Assembly: GCF_009914755.1 (NCBI RefSeq)
Contig: NC_060935.1
DNA from: the human T2T-CHM13v2.0 reference genome, Homo sapiens
Direction: 5' to 3' (one strand)
Length of the DNA stretch: 64,000 bases
Below are positions 41,259 through 55,979 of the stretch, piece after piece. Both the position numbers and the translations under genes were made by a program. The number at the start of each line of letters is the position of its first letter. Within the stretch, counting starts at the first letter, position 1. The notes under the pieces are model-generated. The model did not search any database. It was not told the DNA's origin and saw nothing but the letters and a program-made list of their open reading frames with translations.

Positions 41259-43879
41259 AAAACCATAGACAATGGGGTTAGGCCTTATCTATAACTGTAG
41301 ATTGCCAATTGTTTCCTTCCTTCAGCATTTCATCACTATTTCTGGTCTACAGTTTTCTGTTTCTAATGTGAATATGTAGTATAATCATGAATTTATTAAT
41401 ATTTAAAATGGTCCCTGTAATCTATCAAATAAGTGTTTGTGTAGAGGTGTGTGTGCATGTGTATATTGGGGGGAGGATGGTCACACATATGCAGTCTACA
41501 ATCTAGCAGCTAAAAGATATATTATTTCTTAAAAACATTAAATGTAAAAAATGCATTAAATTCAAAATCCCAGATATTGTTGAACTAAATTCTTTGTAAA
41601 ATGCTATGTTTTTGAATGATCCTACAGGTTTAATTTCAGTTTTATGAGGGTCTTCTTGAGAAAGAATATCACTTACAAGGCCACAGTGGGATGATGCCAA
41701 TGCCTTTGGGCCTTCTATTCCTCAAGTATTCAATAAATTACATTTAACAGCTACTGGTCCTTTAAGTTGGAGAGAAATAGGCTTAGAACGGGTTCCAAAT
41801 CTCTGGTAAATTTTCTAGATCAAAAATATCTGGGTTATAATTTGTACAGCAGGATGAGAAATCATTTATTATATTTCTCTACCTTCAAGTTGATTTTTTA
41901 CCTTTAAGTACAAGTTTATAATTGTAAAGTATCCCAGTAAGTTTCAGTTTGAATGTATTAATTCCTGAATCTCAGACATGAAGTCTATAGTACACATTTA
42001 TGTAGGTTCAAAATAATTCATGCCACATTTCTATCATGAAGATATTTGTGTTTAAAATCATCTCTGTCTATCCATAGTTTACATTACTTTAAATAATATG
42101 ATAGTAAAGTATCCTTTAGAAATGCTATAGGTGATGTGGGTTTACTATTAAAATATTCTACTTAAAATATCAGTATTTCAAAATCATATTGTTTTAGAAA
42201 GCTATTACATTTTATTCTTTCAAAAATGATCCACAAAACAAATCTCCAATTATGTCTAAATATTATTTACCTTAGAAATTCTGTCCAATACAATTCAAAT
42301 TTTAGGAATATTATGCAGTAAATGGTTAAACAGCAGTTGCATACAACTGCTAGAGGGAAATACTCTGATAAAGAAAGAAAATGAGGTAGTCAAATAAGCT
42401 TGTAAGCATGCTAATGTCAGACCTCCTAGAAAACAAACTAATAGTTTTTATTGCAGAAGATTCCTTATCTATGGAATACTTTTAGAAAGATGTACCTGAT
42501 CTATCTAGTTATTTTCATAGTAAACAAATCTGGAATCCATGGATTTCTTGAATATGGCTTTCTGCAACATATCACATATGCTGTGTAACTCTCTGAACAT
42601 AAAATGGAAGGGTTTACTGATCAAAACAGATCTCTTTTTGTGAGTAATGTAGCTGCATGCAATAATCTGGGAACTTCACATCCAGTGTTGGCAAGAGTAC
42701 ATCCAAAGTAGCAAGAAGGATAGATAAGCTGGCAGTTCCTGACATCTCCCAGCTGCATTTGCCTTAGGGTTATGTGTATCCTTTAATACTTAGTAAATCT
42801 TACTGTTTTGTAAGCTCTTTGATTTGTGTGATTTGTGTGAGTATGAGTTGAGCCTTTGTTTTTAGATATAATGCTGTTAGAAACCTTTGTTTTGTAAACA
42901 TTTAAAATATATGTAAATTAAATACTTCTAAAGAGGCATACAACATTTAGCTTTTTAGCCTTGTCTTCACTTGGAGATGTATTTTTGAAATAATTCTGTT
43001 TAGTTTCTTTTTTTGGAAATTTGTAATATTGCATAACGTTCTTTCCTATGAGTTCCTCTTCCATTTTGATAATATCCGTTTAATTTCACATTATTCTCTA
43101 TTTAATGTTACACTGGTCACATTTTTTTTTCCAGCATAAGAATTGAAATAGAAGAGAAGATCAGTTAGTTCCTTTATTTCCTGGTCTTGAAAATGTTTAT
43201 TAATATATATAAATGCCATAAATGCCAAGATTGAAGTTGAGGTGAAAGGGCTTACTGCAAACCTAAGGATTTTGAAGTGCTCTTTTGAAAAAAAAAAATA
43301 TTTGGCAGCCGGTCATATGGTTTATAAGCTGAATTTAGTTTTTGAAATTTTGATATATTAATTTAAAAGTTTCAATTTACTTTTACACTGCTAAGAAATG
43401 AATGGAAGCTTATACCTATGTGGGGGCCTCATAATAAAAAAAAATTGCTATCTCATTTGCCATAAGTACCATGTGACCTTGCTAATTATAGAGCAAATTC
43501 CATTTTGCTTTATGAAAATGGAATGAATACTAGGTTTCTGTTGTTTTTTTCTTCTCTGTTATTATTATTCTGTTGTCTCTTGTATCTCCATTATGTATGT
43601 ATGGGTCTTACAATTTTTAAATGTTATTTCATTTAATAGAAGTACCATGTGATCTACTTTCTCATTATACAGCAAATTCCATTACCTAAAAACATCCCAT
43701 CTCTCTCCAGTGCTTTCCAAACATATGTTTTTGTCAAACTAACATATTAAACACTAAGGAAAATTAACAAATTATAGCTATAAACAGCAGAATTAATTAG
43801 TAACAAAGATAAGCAAAACCATTCATAAACACATAGACACCCACGCATGCATACACATGCATATAACAAAGGAGTAATT

Positions 43880-44330
43880 CCAGATAACTAAAAGCAAAGA
43901 AATTATTTGATAAATGTTTCTAAGAGAATTTGTTATCCATATTCGAAAAAAAAGATGTTTTATCTCTATGCCATACCATAAACATAAAGCAGTTATAAAT
44001 GAAACAAAGAAATAAAAATGAAAAGCAAATGCTAAATTGGTTAATTATCCTGGCAATTACACTTCTAAATATCCTAAGGGAAAAAATGCTCATGTTGGTC
44101 AGAAGATACACACAAAATTGTTCATCACAGATTATTTGTAATAGCAATAGAAATAAAAGGAAAACAAAACCTGAAGACAATCAATAGAAGAGCGAATATA
44201 TAATTATCCATTCATACAAGTAACACTTCACAACAGGTAGAAATGCATGAAAAAAATGCAACACATAGCAATGTAAGGCGTACAGTTAGATTCAATGTTA
44301 TTAATAAAAATCTATTAGATAAATTGAGTA
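43880..44330 (+). mobile_element. Ancient L1ME 3' remnant
   Basis: cctggcaattacacttcta...tgttcatcacagattatttgtaatagc resembles the L1 ORF2 end. Confidence 0.5.
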
Positions 44331-44518
44331 CAACACCCATAGGTGTTTGTTTTGTTTTACAACCCACATTTGGTTAGATTTTTTATATGCATACACAATT
44401 TTATTTTAAAAAGAAAGAAATAAAAGAAAATTCAGGCACTGAGTTTAAATAACTCAATAAAATTTGCTAAGAAAGGGTCAGAGAAACAAACATTTCTTGA
44501 ATGAGAATGAGGAGTCAA

Positions 44519-44999
44519 TGGTTCAGCACAATTCTCAGGGTGGCTTTGGACTAACCCAGTTTGCCTCCCTTTCTTGCTCATGGCTCTCAAAAATAACTAC
44601 ATAATGTCCTGAAAATGCAACATCTTGAGATAAGGAAGAGCTGGCTAGAGCAGGTAAGGCTCTGTTCTAGGTACCCCCTCAACCCCTTCATCCGCATCCC
44701 AAGAATAGTATGTCCCTCAACTCTTTGGCCCAGTAACTCATGTGACCTTGTAGTATATAACCGGGGACAGACTGCCTTTAGGGTCCCTCAGAAGGTTGGT
44801 TATGCACAGTCAATACTCCAAAGCCCCAGTCAGCTTTTCTGAGCCTTGACAATCTGGCTCATAATGAATCCTAGGATTCTGTTGTCTCTGTTCTCCATCT
44901 GTAAGTAAAAAAAAATTATGTCAGGTAACTTGTTGCATGAGTTCTGTCTCACTGGACTCAGAGAAATTGGTAACCAGTACATAGTGAACCTGCTTCACA
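44519..44999 (+). mobile_element. ERVL-type solo LTR (family uncertain, MER76/LTR47-like)
   Basis: aatgcaacatcttgagataagg, internal tatataa and terminal ggtaaccagtacatagtgaacctgcttcaca resemble a recalled ERVL LTR; TSD not resolved. Confidence 0.55.
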
Positions 45000-45137
45000 A
45001 ATGTATTTGTTTTACAAAGATGATAGACATCACTACATATTGTAATCTGATGGAAATCATTGAATAAAAAGGGAAGACTGATGACATGCTATGCTTTACG
45101 TTGACATGAGAGAGAAAGGGACTAAATACTGAGGTGA

Positions 45138-45507
<370 letters not shown>

Positions 45508-46162
45508 TGAGCTATACAAAAAAATAGATTAAAAGTATAGTGGAATCCTGGAATTTCTTGTCTAATTATTTTTATTTTAATTGTGAAATTGGAAGCAAAG
45601 TCACCAATTGATATAAAAACAATGCAAGAAAGTGTGAATAGTTGGAAGAAAACAATTGCAAGAAATAATTGTCAAGACCACAGAATGGTGAGTGACTAGG
45701 GCAATAAAGCAGTTAGCACTGAAGAAAGATTTGTCAACACACCTATGGGTTTTTTTCAGCCCCATTTGATAATCATATTTTGGACTCAAAGTAGCAATTT
45801 ATTTAATAATTTTTTATTTTGGAAAAATTGAAATGTTTTATTAACAAGGGGGTTTTACTAACAGGAAGGTGTACCATCTCTTAACCAGTGCATTTCAGCC
45901 CAGTGCTAGCTATTCATGAATTACTCACTGGAGGGGACCATAGATGTAGAAACTTAAAGATAATTATAGATGCCTAATTTTATCTTATTAAATCAGTGAG
46001 ATTATGATAGAGAAGAAAAGATGAACTGATATAGAATGGAAACAGATACACAACTTTTTATGTATAATCTATTTCTGTTCCCACTTGCAGGAACTTACCT
46101 ACTGAAAAGTCCCTCCTGAATAATTCCAGCAATCACCAGCTGTGCTTAATACATTCTGATGA

Positions 46163-46507
<345 letters not shown>

Positions 46508-47752
46508 CCCCTCTTTTAATTACTTAGTTAGTTTCTTATGGGCCCTCACTGAAATTAGTAGGTACAGGTAGGGTAATTTGTGGAACACTATTGCTGTGTT
46601 TTACTAAATCCATAAGGCATCTCTCTCTCTCTCCTTTTTTTTTTTTTTTTTTTTTTTTACAAAGTGAGAGAGAATGCATCTCCCTACTTTTTATTACGCT
46701 GTATTAGACTGTAAATAAAATATTTTTGTCTGTCACAATCAATACCTCAAAACCTCCAATAGGTTTTAGTGAAACAGAACTTTCATCCTTTATTTATAGG
46801 CCTGCTCCAACTCCTCTTTATTGCACTGGAATCCAACATAAATTCTAACTAGAGTGGGGCTAAACTGAGGAACAAATTACATGCTATGTCCAGAACGGCT
46901 TTTATCCAGCAAAACAAAATATTTTGCTACATATAGTGCTCTTTCTTTAGAGAGAGTTTTCTCATGGAAGAGCTTTAGATTCTCTTTATTAAGCAACTCT
47001 TGAGGTGGGGGTTATTCCACTTGTACACCAGGTTGATCTAGGCTATGTATCACACTATAGACACAACTTAAGTTTAGACTAAATCCCCACCAAACAGAGT
47101 TTTTATTTTTCTTTTGTCACAATTGATGCTTGGAATTTTAGTCTTCAATATTGATCTTGATGTTACAGCACTTACTGGAGTAGCCATGGAAGATGTAATC
47201 AGTTAACCACCTCCTTTGCTGTCTTTTTGGCACTCTGACTGCTCAGAAATGTCTAACTTGAGTTCATTTGTAACCACAGTTACAAAATCAAAAGACAATA
47301 TTGGGAAGAAATGAAATGTCCTGGAGAGTCAACCTCATGTATTTTTACTTATCTGACCTCTCAAATGTTGATATTCCAAATCTGGCATCTTCTATATCAA
47401 GCAAGTAAAACAAATGACCACTAAAAGCAAAAAGCATCAGGAGCATAAAAACGTGAGAAAGTTGTAGTTCTTAATTCACAAGACCTCATAAGGTAATAGT
47501 GGAAAAATAAACATAACAAATAACCTGGAGGAAGGGGAGACAAAAAAATTCTATAAGCACAAACTAAATTTAACTGGAGTATTTTGCAGGAAAAGCGAAA
47601 TTTTGCTTTTGCAGATTTGGGGAGTTTGATTCAGGTAGCTACAAATAAAAAGTATTTATTTAGTGTCTGTCATATTTCAGAAGCTGTGATGCAGCATCTT
47701 CCAGTAAATGGAAATGATAGAGTGACACAGTCTTAAAACTTTTAGCATTTCT

Positions 47753-48902
47753 TGTAAAACCCCCAAACCATAAAAACCCTAGAAGAAAACCTAGGAAATC
47801 CCATTCACAACATAGGCACAGGCTAAGACTTCATAACTAAAATACCAAAAGCAATTACAACAAAGCCAAAATTGACAAATGGGATCTAATTAAACTAAAA
47901 GAGCTTCTGCACAGCAAAATAAACTATCTTCAGAGTGAACAGGCAACCTACAGAATGGGAGAAACTTTTTGCAATCTACCCATCTGACAAAGGTCTAATA
48001 TCTAGGATGTACAAGGAACTTAAACAAATTTACAAGAAAAAGACAAATGACCCCATCAAAAAGTGGGAAAGAATATGATCAGACACTTCTCAAAAGAAGA
48101 CATTTATGCAGCCAATAAACATACGAAAACAAGCTCATCACCACTGGTAATTAGAGAAATGCAAATCAAAACCACAAAGAGATACCATCTCACGCCAGTC
48201 AGAATGGCAATTATTAAAAAGTCAGGAAACAACAGATACTGGCGAGGCTGTGGAGATATAGGAATGCTTTTACACTGTTGGTGGGAGTGTAAATTAGTTC
48301 AACCATTGTGGAAGACAGTGTGGCGATGCCTCAAGGATCTAGAACCGGAAATAACATTTGACCCCGCAATCGCATTACTGGGTATATACCCAAAGGAATA
48401 TAAATTATTCTACTATAAAGACACAAGCATACGTATATTTATTGCAGCACTGTTTATGATAACAAAGACATGGAAGTAACCCAAATGCCCATCAATCATA
48501 GACTGAATTAAGAAAATGTGGCACATATGTACCATGGAATACCATGTAGCCATGAAAAAGGGTGAGTTCATGTCCTTTGCGGGAACATGGATGAAGCTGG
48601 AAGCCATCATTCTAAGCAAACTAACACAGGAACAGAAAACCAAATGTCACCCCTTCTCATTCATAAGTGGGAGATGAACAATTAGAACACATGGGCACAG
48701 GAAGGGTAACATTACACACTAGGGCCTGTTGGGGGGTGGGGGACAAGGGAAGGGAGAGCATTAGGACAAATATCTAATGCATGTGGGCTTAAAACCTAGA
48801 TTATGGGTTGATATGTGCAGCAAATCACCATGGCACATGTATATCTATGTAACAAACCTGCACGTTCTGCACATATATCCCAAACTTAAAGTAAAATAAA
48901 CC
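47753..48902 (+). mobile_element. 5'-truncated L1PA8-like element
   Basis: ORF 48063-48479 is L1 ORF2 C-terminus; 3'UTR gagagcattaggacaaata..aaaacctaga; perfect TSD aaacttttagcatttc (47736-47751 / 48903-48918). Confidence 0.95.
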
Positions 48903-49063
48903 AAACTTTTAGCATTTCCTCTATATGACGTATTATGAACGCTACAGAGTTAGTGATATAATCTCCTCTTGAGGTATTAGATAATCCTTTAATGTAGGAT
49001 AATATGCATGGTTGTTATTAACTGTCATACTTACTTTTCCTCTTTGCAGGCCCCTACTGCTAG

Positions 49064-49436
<373 letters not shown>

Positions 49437-49572
49437 CATATTTACTATATTTTGAATGCATCAGCAGAAACTAAACCTTGCCAAGAAGCCATACCAATTT
49501 AGGAAATGGATCAGTTAGCCCTATGCAGAAAAACAATATGTCATTGGAAACACGTTTTTTGAAGTTACAATA

Positions 49573-49911
49573 CAGTTGTTCCTCTATATGTGTGTGTTCC
49601 ACATCAATGGATTCAACCAAATGCAGATAAAAAATATTTGGGAAAAAAAATTCTGCAAAGTTCCAAAAAGCAAAACTTGAATTTTTCCTCACCAGGTACT
49701 GCATTGAATCCACACAAATGAAATGATGTGTAGGCATAGTATTAGGTATTACAGTAATCTGGACATGATTTAAAGAACTGGATACAGGAGGTTGTTTGCA
49801 GGTTATATGCAAATACTATGCTAATTTATATCATTGACTTGAGCAGCTTCTCATTTTGGCATCTGTAGGAAGTCCTGGAACCAATCCCACACCAATACTG
49901 AGGGAAAACTG
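49573..49911 (-). mobile_element. MER2B-like TcMar-Tigger MITE
   Basis: TIRs cagttgttcctc / gagggaaaactg; TA on both sides; internal caaagttccaaaaagcaaaacttgaattt. Confidence 0.85.
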
Positions 49912-50027
49912 TATTTATTTTTCTACTCAGTATTTATTAACTTTTGCAATTTTCAAAAATTATGATACACATATGAAATTGAAAAAGGGAAGAAAAAGAC
50001 CGTCTCTGAAGGATCTCATGTCTAGTA

Positions 50028-50087
50028 CAAGGCATTCAAACCTTTGGTCTCAGGACTGCTTTTTGCTCTTCAAAAATACTGAGGGCC
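50028..50087 (+). mobile_element. Left end of a hAT-Charlie element (MER20B-like), cut by the L1 insertion
   Basis: ttcaaacctttggtctcaggac...ctcttcaaaaatactgagggcc matches the recalled MER20B start; preceded by gtctagta, resembling the Charlie target preference NTCTAGAN. Confidence 0.65.
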
Positions 50088-51091
50088 AGAGGGTAGCTGG
50101 CAAAATGGTCTGCAGCTCCCAGAAAGATCGACACAGAAGGCAGGTGATTCCTGCATTTTCAACTGAGGTACCCGGTTCATCTTACTGGAACTGGTTGGAC
50201 AGTGGGTGCAACCCACGGAGGGCGAGCCGTAGCGGGGTGGGGCGTCACCTCACCCAGGAAGCACAAGGGGTCGGGGGATTTCCCTTTCTTAGCCAAGGGA
50301 AGCTGTGAGAGACTGTATCGGGAGGAACGGTGCATTCTGGCCCAGATACTGTGCCTTTCCCATGGCCTTTGCAACCAGCAGACTAGGAGATTCCCTTTGG
50401 TGCCTGGCTAGTCTGGTTGCTCCTCCACGGAGCCCAGCAAGCTAAGATCCACTGGCTTGAAATTCTCGCTGCTCCACAGCAGTTTGAAGTCGACCTGGAA
50501 CACTCCAACTTGGTGGTGGGAGGGGCATCCACCACTGCTGAGGCTTGAGTAGGGGGTTTTACCCTCACAGTGTAAACAAAGCTGCTGGGAAGTTCGAACT
50601 GGGCAGAGACCACTGCAGCTCCCTGGGACAGATCACCTTGGGGAAGGGGCGGCTGTGGGCACAGCTTCAGCAAATTTAAATGTCCCTGCCTGACAGCTGT
50701 GAAGAGAGCTGCGGTTCTCCCAGTACAGTGTTTGAGCACTGATGAGGTACAGACTGCCTCCTCAAGTGGGTCCCTGACCCCCGGTGTATGCAGACTGGAA
50801 GACACCTCCCAGTAGGGGCCGACAGGTACCTCATAAAGGAAAGCTCTCCCTGGCATCTGGCAGGTGCCCCTCTGGGAGAAAGCTTCCCCAGGCACGAACA
50901 GGCAGCAATCTTTGTTGATCTGCAGCCTCTGCTGGTGATACCCAGGCAAACAGGATCTGGAGTGGTCCTTTAGCAAATTCCAGCAGACCTGCAGCAGAGG
51001 GGCCTGACTATTAGAAGGAAAACTAACAAACAGAAAGGAATAGTGTCAACATCACCAACATCAAAGACCAAAGTTAGAAAAATCCATGAAG

Positions 51092-52113
51092 ATGGTGAGA
51101 AACCAGCACAAAAAAGCTGAAAATTCCAAAATACAGAACGTCTCTTCTTGTGCAAAGGATCACAACTCCTCACTAGCAAAGGAACAAAACTGGATGGAGA
51201 ATGAGCTTGACGAATTAACAGAAGTCGGCTTCAGAAGGTGCATAACAACAAACTTCTCCAAGCTAAAGGAGCAAGTTCTAACCCAATGCAAGGAAGCTAA
51301 GAACGTGGAAAAAATTTTAGATGAATTGCTAACTAGAATAACCAGCTTAGAGAAGAACATCAGTGACCTGATGGAGCTAAAAACACAGCATGAGAACTTC
51401 GTGAAGCATACACAAGTATCAATAGCTGAATCGATCGAGCAGAAGAAAGGATATCAGGGATTGAAGATCAACTCAATGAAATAAAGACAGAAGACAAGAT
51501 TAGGAAAAAAAGAGTTAAAAGAAATGAACAAAGCCTCCAAGAAATATGGGACTATGAGAAAAGACCAAATCTATGTTTGATTGGTGTACCTGAACGTGAT
51601 CGGGAGAATGGAACCAAGTTAGAAAACACTCTTCATGATATCACCCAGGATAACTTCCCCAACCTAGCAAGGCAGGCCAACATTCAAATTCAGGAAATAC
51701 AGAGAACACCACAAAGATACTCTACGAGAAGAGCAACCCCAAGACATATAATTTTCAGATTCCCCAAGGTTGAAATGAAGGAAAAAATATTAAGGGCAGC
51801 CAGAGAGAAAGGTCAGGTTACCCACAAAGGGAAGCCCATCAGACTGACAGTGGATCTCTCAGCAGAAACCCTACAAACCAGAAGAGAGTAGGGGCCAATA
51901 TTCAATATTCTTAAAGAAAAGAATTTTCAACCCAGAATTTCATATCCAGCCAAACTAAGCTTCATAAGCGAAGGAGAAATAAAATCCCTTACAGATAAGC
52001 AAATGCTGAGAGATTTTCACCATGAGGCCTGCCTTACAAGAGCTCCTGAAGGAAGCACTAAACATGGAAAGGAACAACCAGTACCAGCCACTGCAAAAAC
52101 ATGCCAAACTGTA
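51092..52113 (+). pseudogene. Disrupted L1 ORF1
   Basis: Fragments 51086-51484 and 51577-51891, broken by a frameshift and stops. Confidence 0.85.
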
Positions 52114-52177
52114 AAGGCCATTGATGCTATGAAGAAACTGTATCAACTAACAGGCAAAACAACCAACTAGCATCATA

Positions 52178-55100
52178 ATGACAGGATCAAATTCACACGT
52201 AACTATATTAACCTTAAATGTAAATGCCCCAGTGAACAGACACAGACTGGCAAATTGGATAAAGAGTTAAGACCCAAGGGTGTGCTGTATTCAGGAGACT
52301 CATCTCATGTGCAAAGACACACATAGGCTGAAAATAAAGGGATGGAGGAATATTTACCAAGCAAATGCAAAGAAAAAAAATTGGGTTGCAATCCTAGTTT
52401 CTGATAAAACAGACTTTAAACCAACGATCAAAAGGACAAAGAAGGGAATTACATAACGGTAAAGGGATCAATGCAACAAGAAGAGCTAACTCTCCTAAAT
52501 ATATATGCACCCAATACAGGAACATCCAGATTCATAAAGCAAGTTCATAATGACCTACAAAGAGACTTAAACTCCCACACAATAATAGTGACAGACATTA
52601 ATACACCACTGTCAATATTAGACAGATCAATGAGGCAGAAAATTAACAAGGATATCCAGGACTTGAACTCAGCTCTGGACCAAGCAGACCTAATAGACAT
52701 CTACAGAACTCTCTACCCCAAATCAACATCGTATACATTCTTCTCAGCACCACATCACACTTATTCTAAAATTGACCACATAATTGGAAGTAAAACACTC
52801 CTCAGCAAATGCAAAAGAAAGGAAATCATAACAAACGGTCTCTAAGACCACAGTGCAATCAAATTAGAACTCAGGATTAAGCAATTCACTCAAAACTACA
52901 TGGAAACTGAACAACCTGCTCCTGAAAGACTACTGGGTAAATAACGAAATGAAGGCAGAAATACAGATGTTCTTTGAAACCAATGAGAAAAAAGACACAA
53001 TATACCAGAATCTCTGGGACACATTTAAAGCAGTGAGTAGAAGGAAATTTATAGCACAAAATGCCCACAAGAGAAAGCAGGAAAGATCTAAATTGACACA
53101 CTAACATAACAATTAAAATAACTATAGAAGCAAGAGCAAACACATTCAAAAGGTAGTAGAAGAAATAACTAACATCAAAGCAGAACTAAAGGAGCTAGAG
53201 ACAAAAAATCCTTCAAAAAATCAATGAATCCAGGAGCTGTTTTTTTTGAAAAGATCAACAAAATAGATATACCACTAGCTAGACTAATAAAGAAGAAAAG
53301 AGAGAAGAATCAAATAGATGCAATAAAAAATGATAATGGGGATATCACCACCAATCCCACAGAAATACAAACTATCATCAGAGAATATTATAAACACCTC
53401 TAAGCAAATAAACTAAAAAATCTAGAGGAAATAGATACATTCCTGAACACATACCACTTCCCAAGACTAAACCAGGAAGAAGTCAAATTCCTGAATAGAC
53501 CAATAACAAGTTCTGGAATTGGGGCAGTAATTAATAGCCTACCAATGAAAAAAAGCCCAGGAGCAGAGGGATTCACAGCTAAATTCTACCAGAGGTACCA
53601 AAAGGAGCTGGTACCATTCCTTCTGAAACTATTCCAAACAATAGGAAAAAGGGAGTCCTCTCTAATTCATTTTATGAGAGCAGAATCATCCTGATACCAA
53701 AACCTGGCAGAGACACAACAAAAAAAGAAAATTTCAGGCCAATATCCCTGATGAATATCGATGTGAAAATCCTGAATAAAATACTGGCAAACTGAATCCA
53801 GCAGCACATCAAAAAGCTTATCCACCACGATCAAGTCGGCTTCATCCCTGGGATGCAAGTCAGTTTCAACATATGCAAATCAATAAATGTAATCCATCAC
53901 ATAAACAGAATCAATGACAAAAACTGCATGATTATCTCAATAGATGCAGAAAAGGCCTTTGAGAATTTTCAACACCCCTTCATGCTAAAAACTCTCAATT
54001 TACTAGTTATCGATGGAATGTATTTCAAAATAATAAGAGCTATTTATGACAAACTCACAGGCAATATCATACTGAATGGGCAAAAACTGGCAGCATTCTC
54101 TTTGAAAACCAGCACAAGACAAGGATGCCCTCTGTCACTGCTCCTATTCAACACAGTATTGGAAGTTCTGACCAGGGCAATCAGCAAAGAGAAAGAAAGA
54201 AAGTGTATTCAATTAGGAAAAGAGGAAGTCAAATTGTCTCTCTTTGCAGATGACATGATTGTATATTTAGAAAACCCCATCGTCTCAGTCCAAAATCTCC
54301 TTAAGCTGATAAGCAACTTTAGCAAAGTCTCAGGATACAAAATCAATGTGCAAAAATCACAAGCATTCCTATACACCAATAACAGACAAACAGAGAGCCA
54401 AATCATGCGTGAACTCCCTTTCACAATTGCTACAAAAAAAAATACCTAGGACTACAACTTACTAGGGATATAAAGTACCTCTTCAAGGAGAACTACAAAC
54501 CACTGCTCAAAGAAATAAGAAAGGATACAAACAAATGGAAAAACATCCCATGTTCATGGATAGGAGGAATCAATATCATGAAAACGGCCATACTGCCCAA
54601 AGTAATTTATAGATTCATTACTATCCCCATCAAACTACCAATGACTTTCTTCACAGAATTTGAAAAAACTACTTTAAATTTCATAGGGAACCAAAATAAA
54701 GCCTGCATAGCCAAGACAATCCTAAGAAAAAAGAACAAACCTAGAGGCATCATGCTACCTGACTTCAAACTGTACTACAAGGCTACAGTAACCAAAACAG
54801 CATGGTACTGGTACCAAAACAGATATACAGACCAATGGAACAGAACAGAGGCTTCAGAAATAACACCACACATCTACAACCATCTGATCTTTGACAAATC
54901 TGACAAAAACAAACAATGGGGAAATGATTCCCTATTTAATAAATGGTGTTGGGAAAACTGGCTAGCCATATGTAGAAAGATGAAACTGGATCCCTTCCTT
55001 ACACCTTATACAAAAATCAACTCAAGATGGATTAAAGACTTAAATCTCTAATCCAAGATGGATTAAAGACATAAAACCATACAAACCCTGGAAGAAAACC

Positions 55101-55979
55101 TGGGCAATACCATTCAGCACATAGGCATGTGCAAAGACTTCATCACTAAAACACCAAAGCAATGGCACAAAAGCCAAAATTGACAAATGGGATCTAATTA
55201 AACTAAAGAGCTTCTGCACAGCAAAAGAAACTATCATCAGAGTAAACCAGCAACCTGTAAGAAGGGAGAAAATTTTTGCAGTTTATCCATCTGACAAAGG
55301 GCTAATATCCAGCATCTACAAAGAACTTACACAAATTTACAAGAAAAAAAAAACCCATCATAAAGTGGGCAAAGTATATGAACAGACACTTCTCAAAAGT
55401 AGACATTTATGTGGCCAAAAAACATATGAAAAAAAGCTCAACATCACTGATCATTAGAAAAATGCAAATCAAAACCACAATGAGATACCATCTAATGCCA
55501 GTCAGAATAGCGATTATTAAAAAGTTAAGAAACAACAGATGCTGACGAGGCTATGGAAAAATATGAATGCTTTTATACTACTGGTGGGAATGTAAATTAT
55601 TTCAGCTATGTGGAAGACAGTGTGGCAATTCCTCCTGAATCTAGAACCAGAAATACCATTTGACCCAGCAATTCTGTTACTGGGTATATATCCAAAGGAA
55701 TATAAGTCATTCTACTGTAAAGACACATCCACACGTATGTTTACTGCTGCACTATTTATAGTAGCAAAGACATGTAACCAACTTAAATGCCCGTCAATGA
55801 TAGACTGGATAAAGAATATGTGGTACATATACACCATGGAATACTATGCAGCCATAAAAAAGAATGAGATCATGTCCTTTGCAGGGACATGGATGAAGCT
55901 GGAAGCCATCATCCTCAGCAAACTAACACAAGAACTGAAAACCAAATACAGCATGTTCTCATTCATAAGTGAGAGCTGA
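52178..55979 (+). pseudogene. Disrupted L1 ORF2
   Basis: Fragments 52471-52845, 53853-54449, 54578-55051 and 55608-55979. Confidence 0.9.

Noticed and set aside
47753-47775. The L1PA8 5' truncation falls at the same ORF2 position as the shared +18 bp insertion
   Set aside because: A single coincidence; cannot be distinguished from chance without genome-wide truncation-point data.
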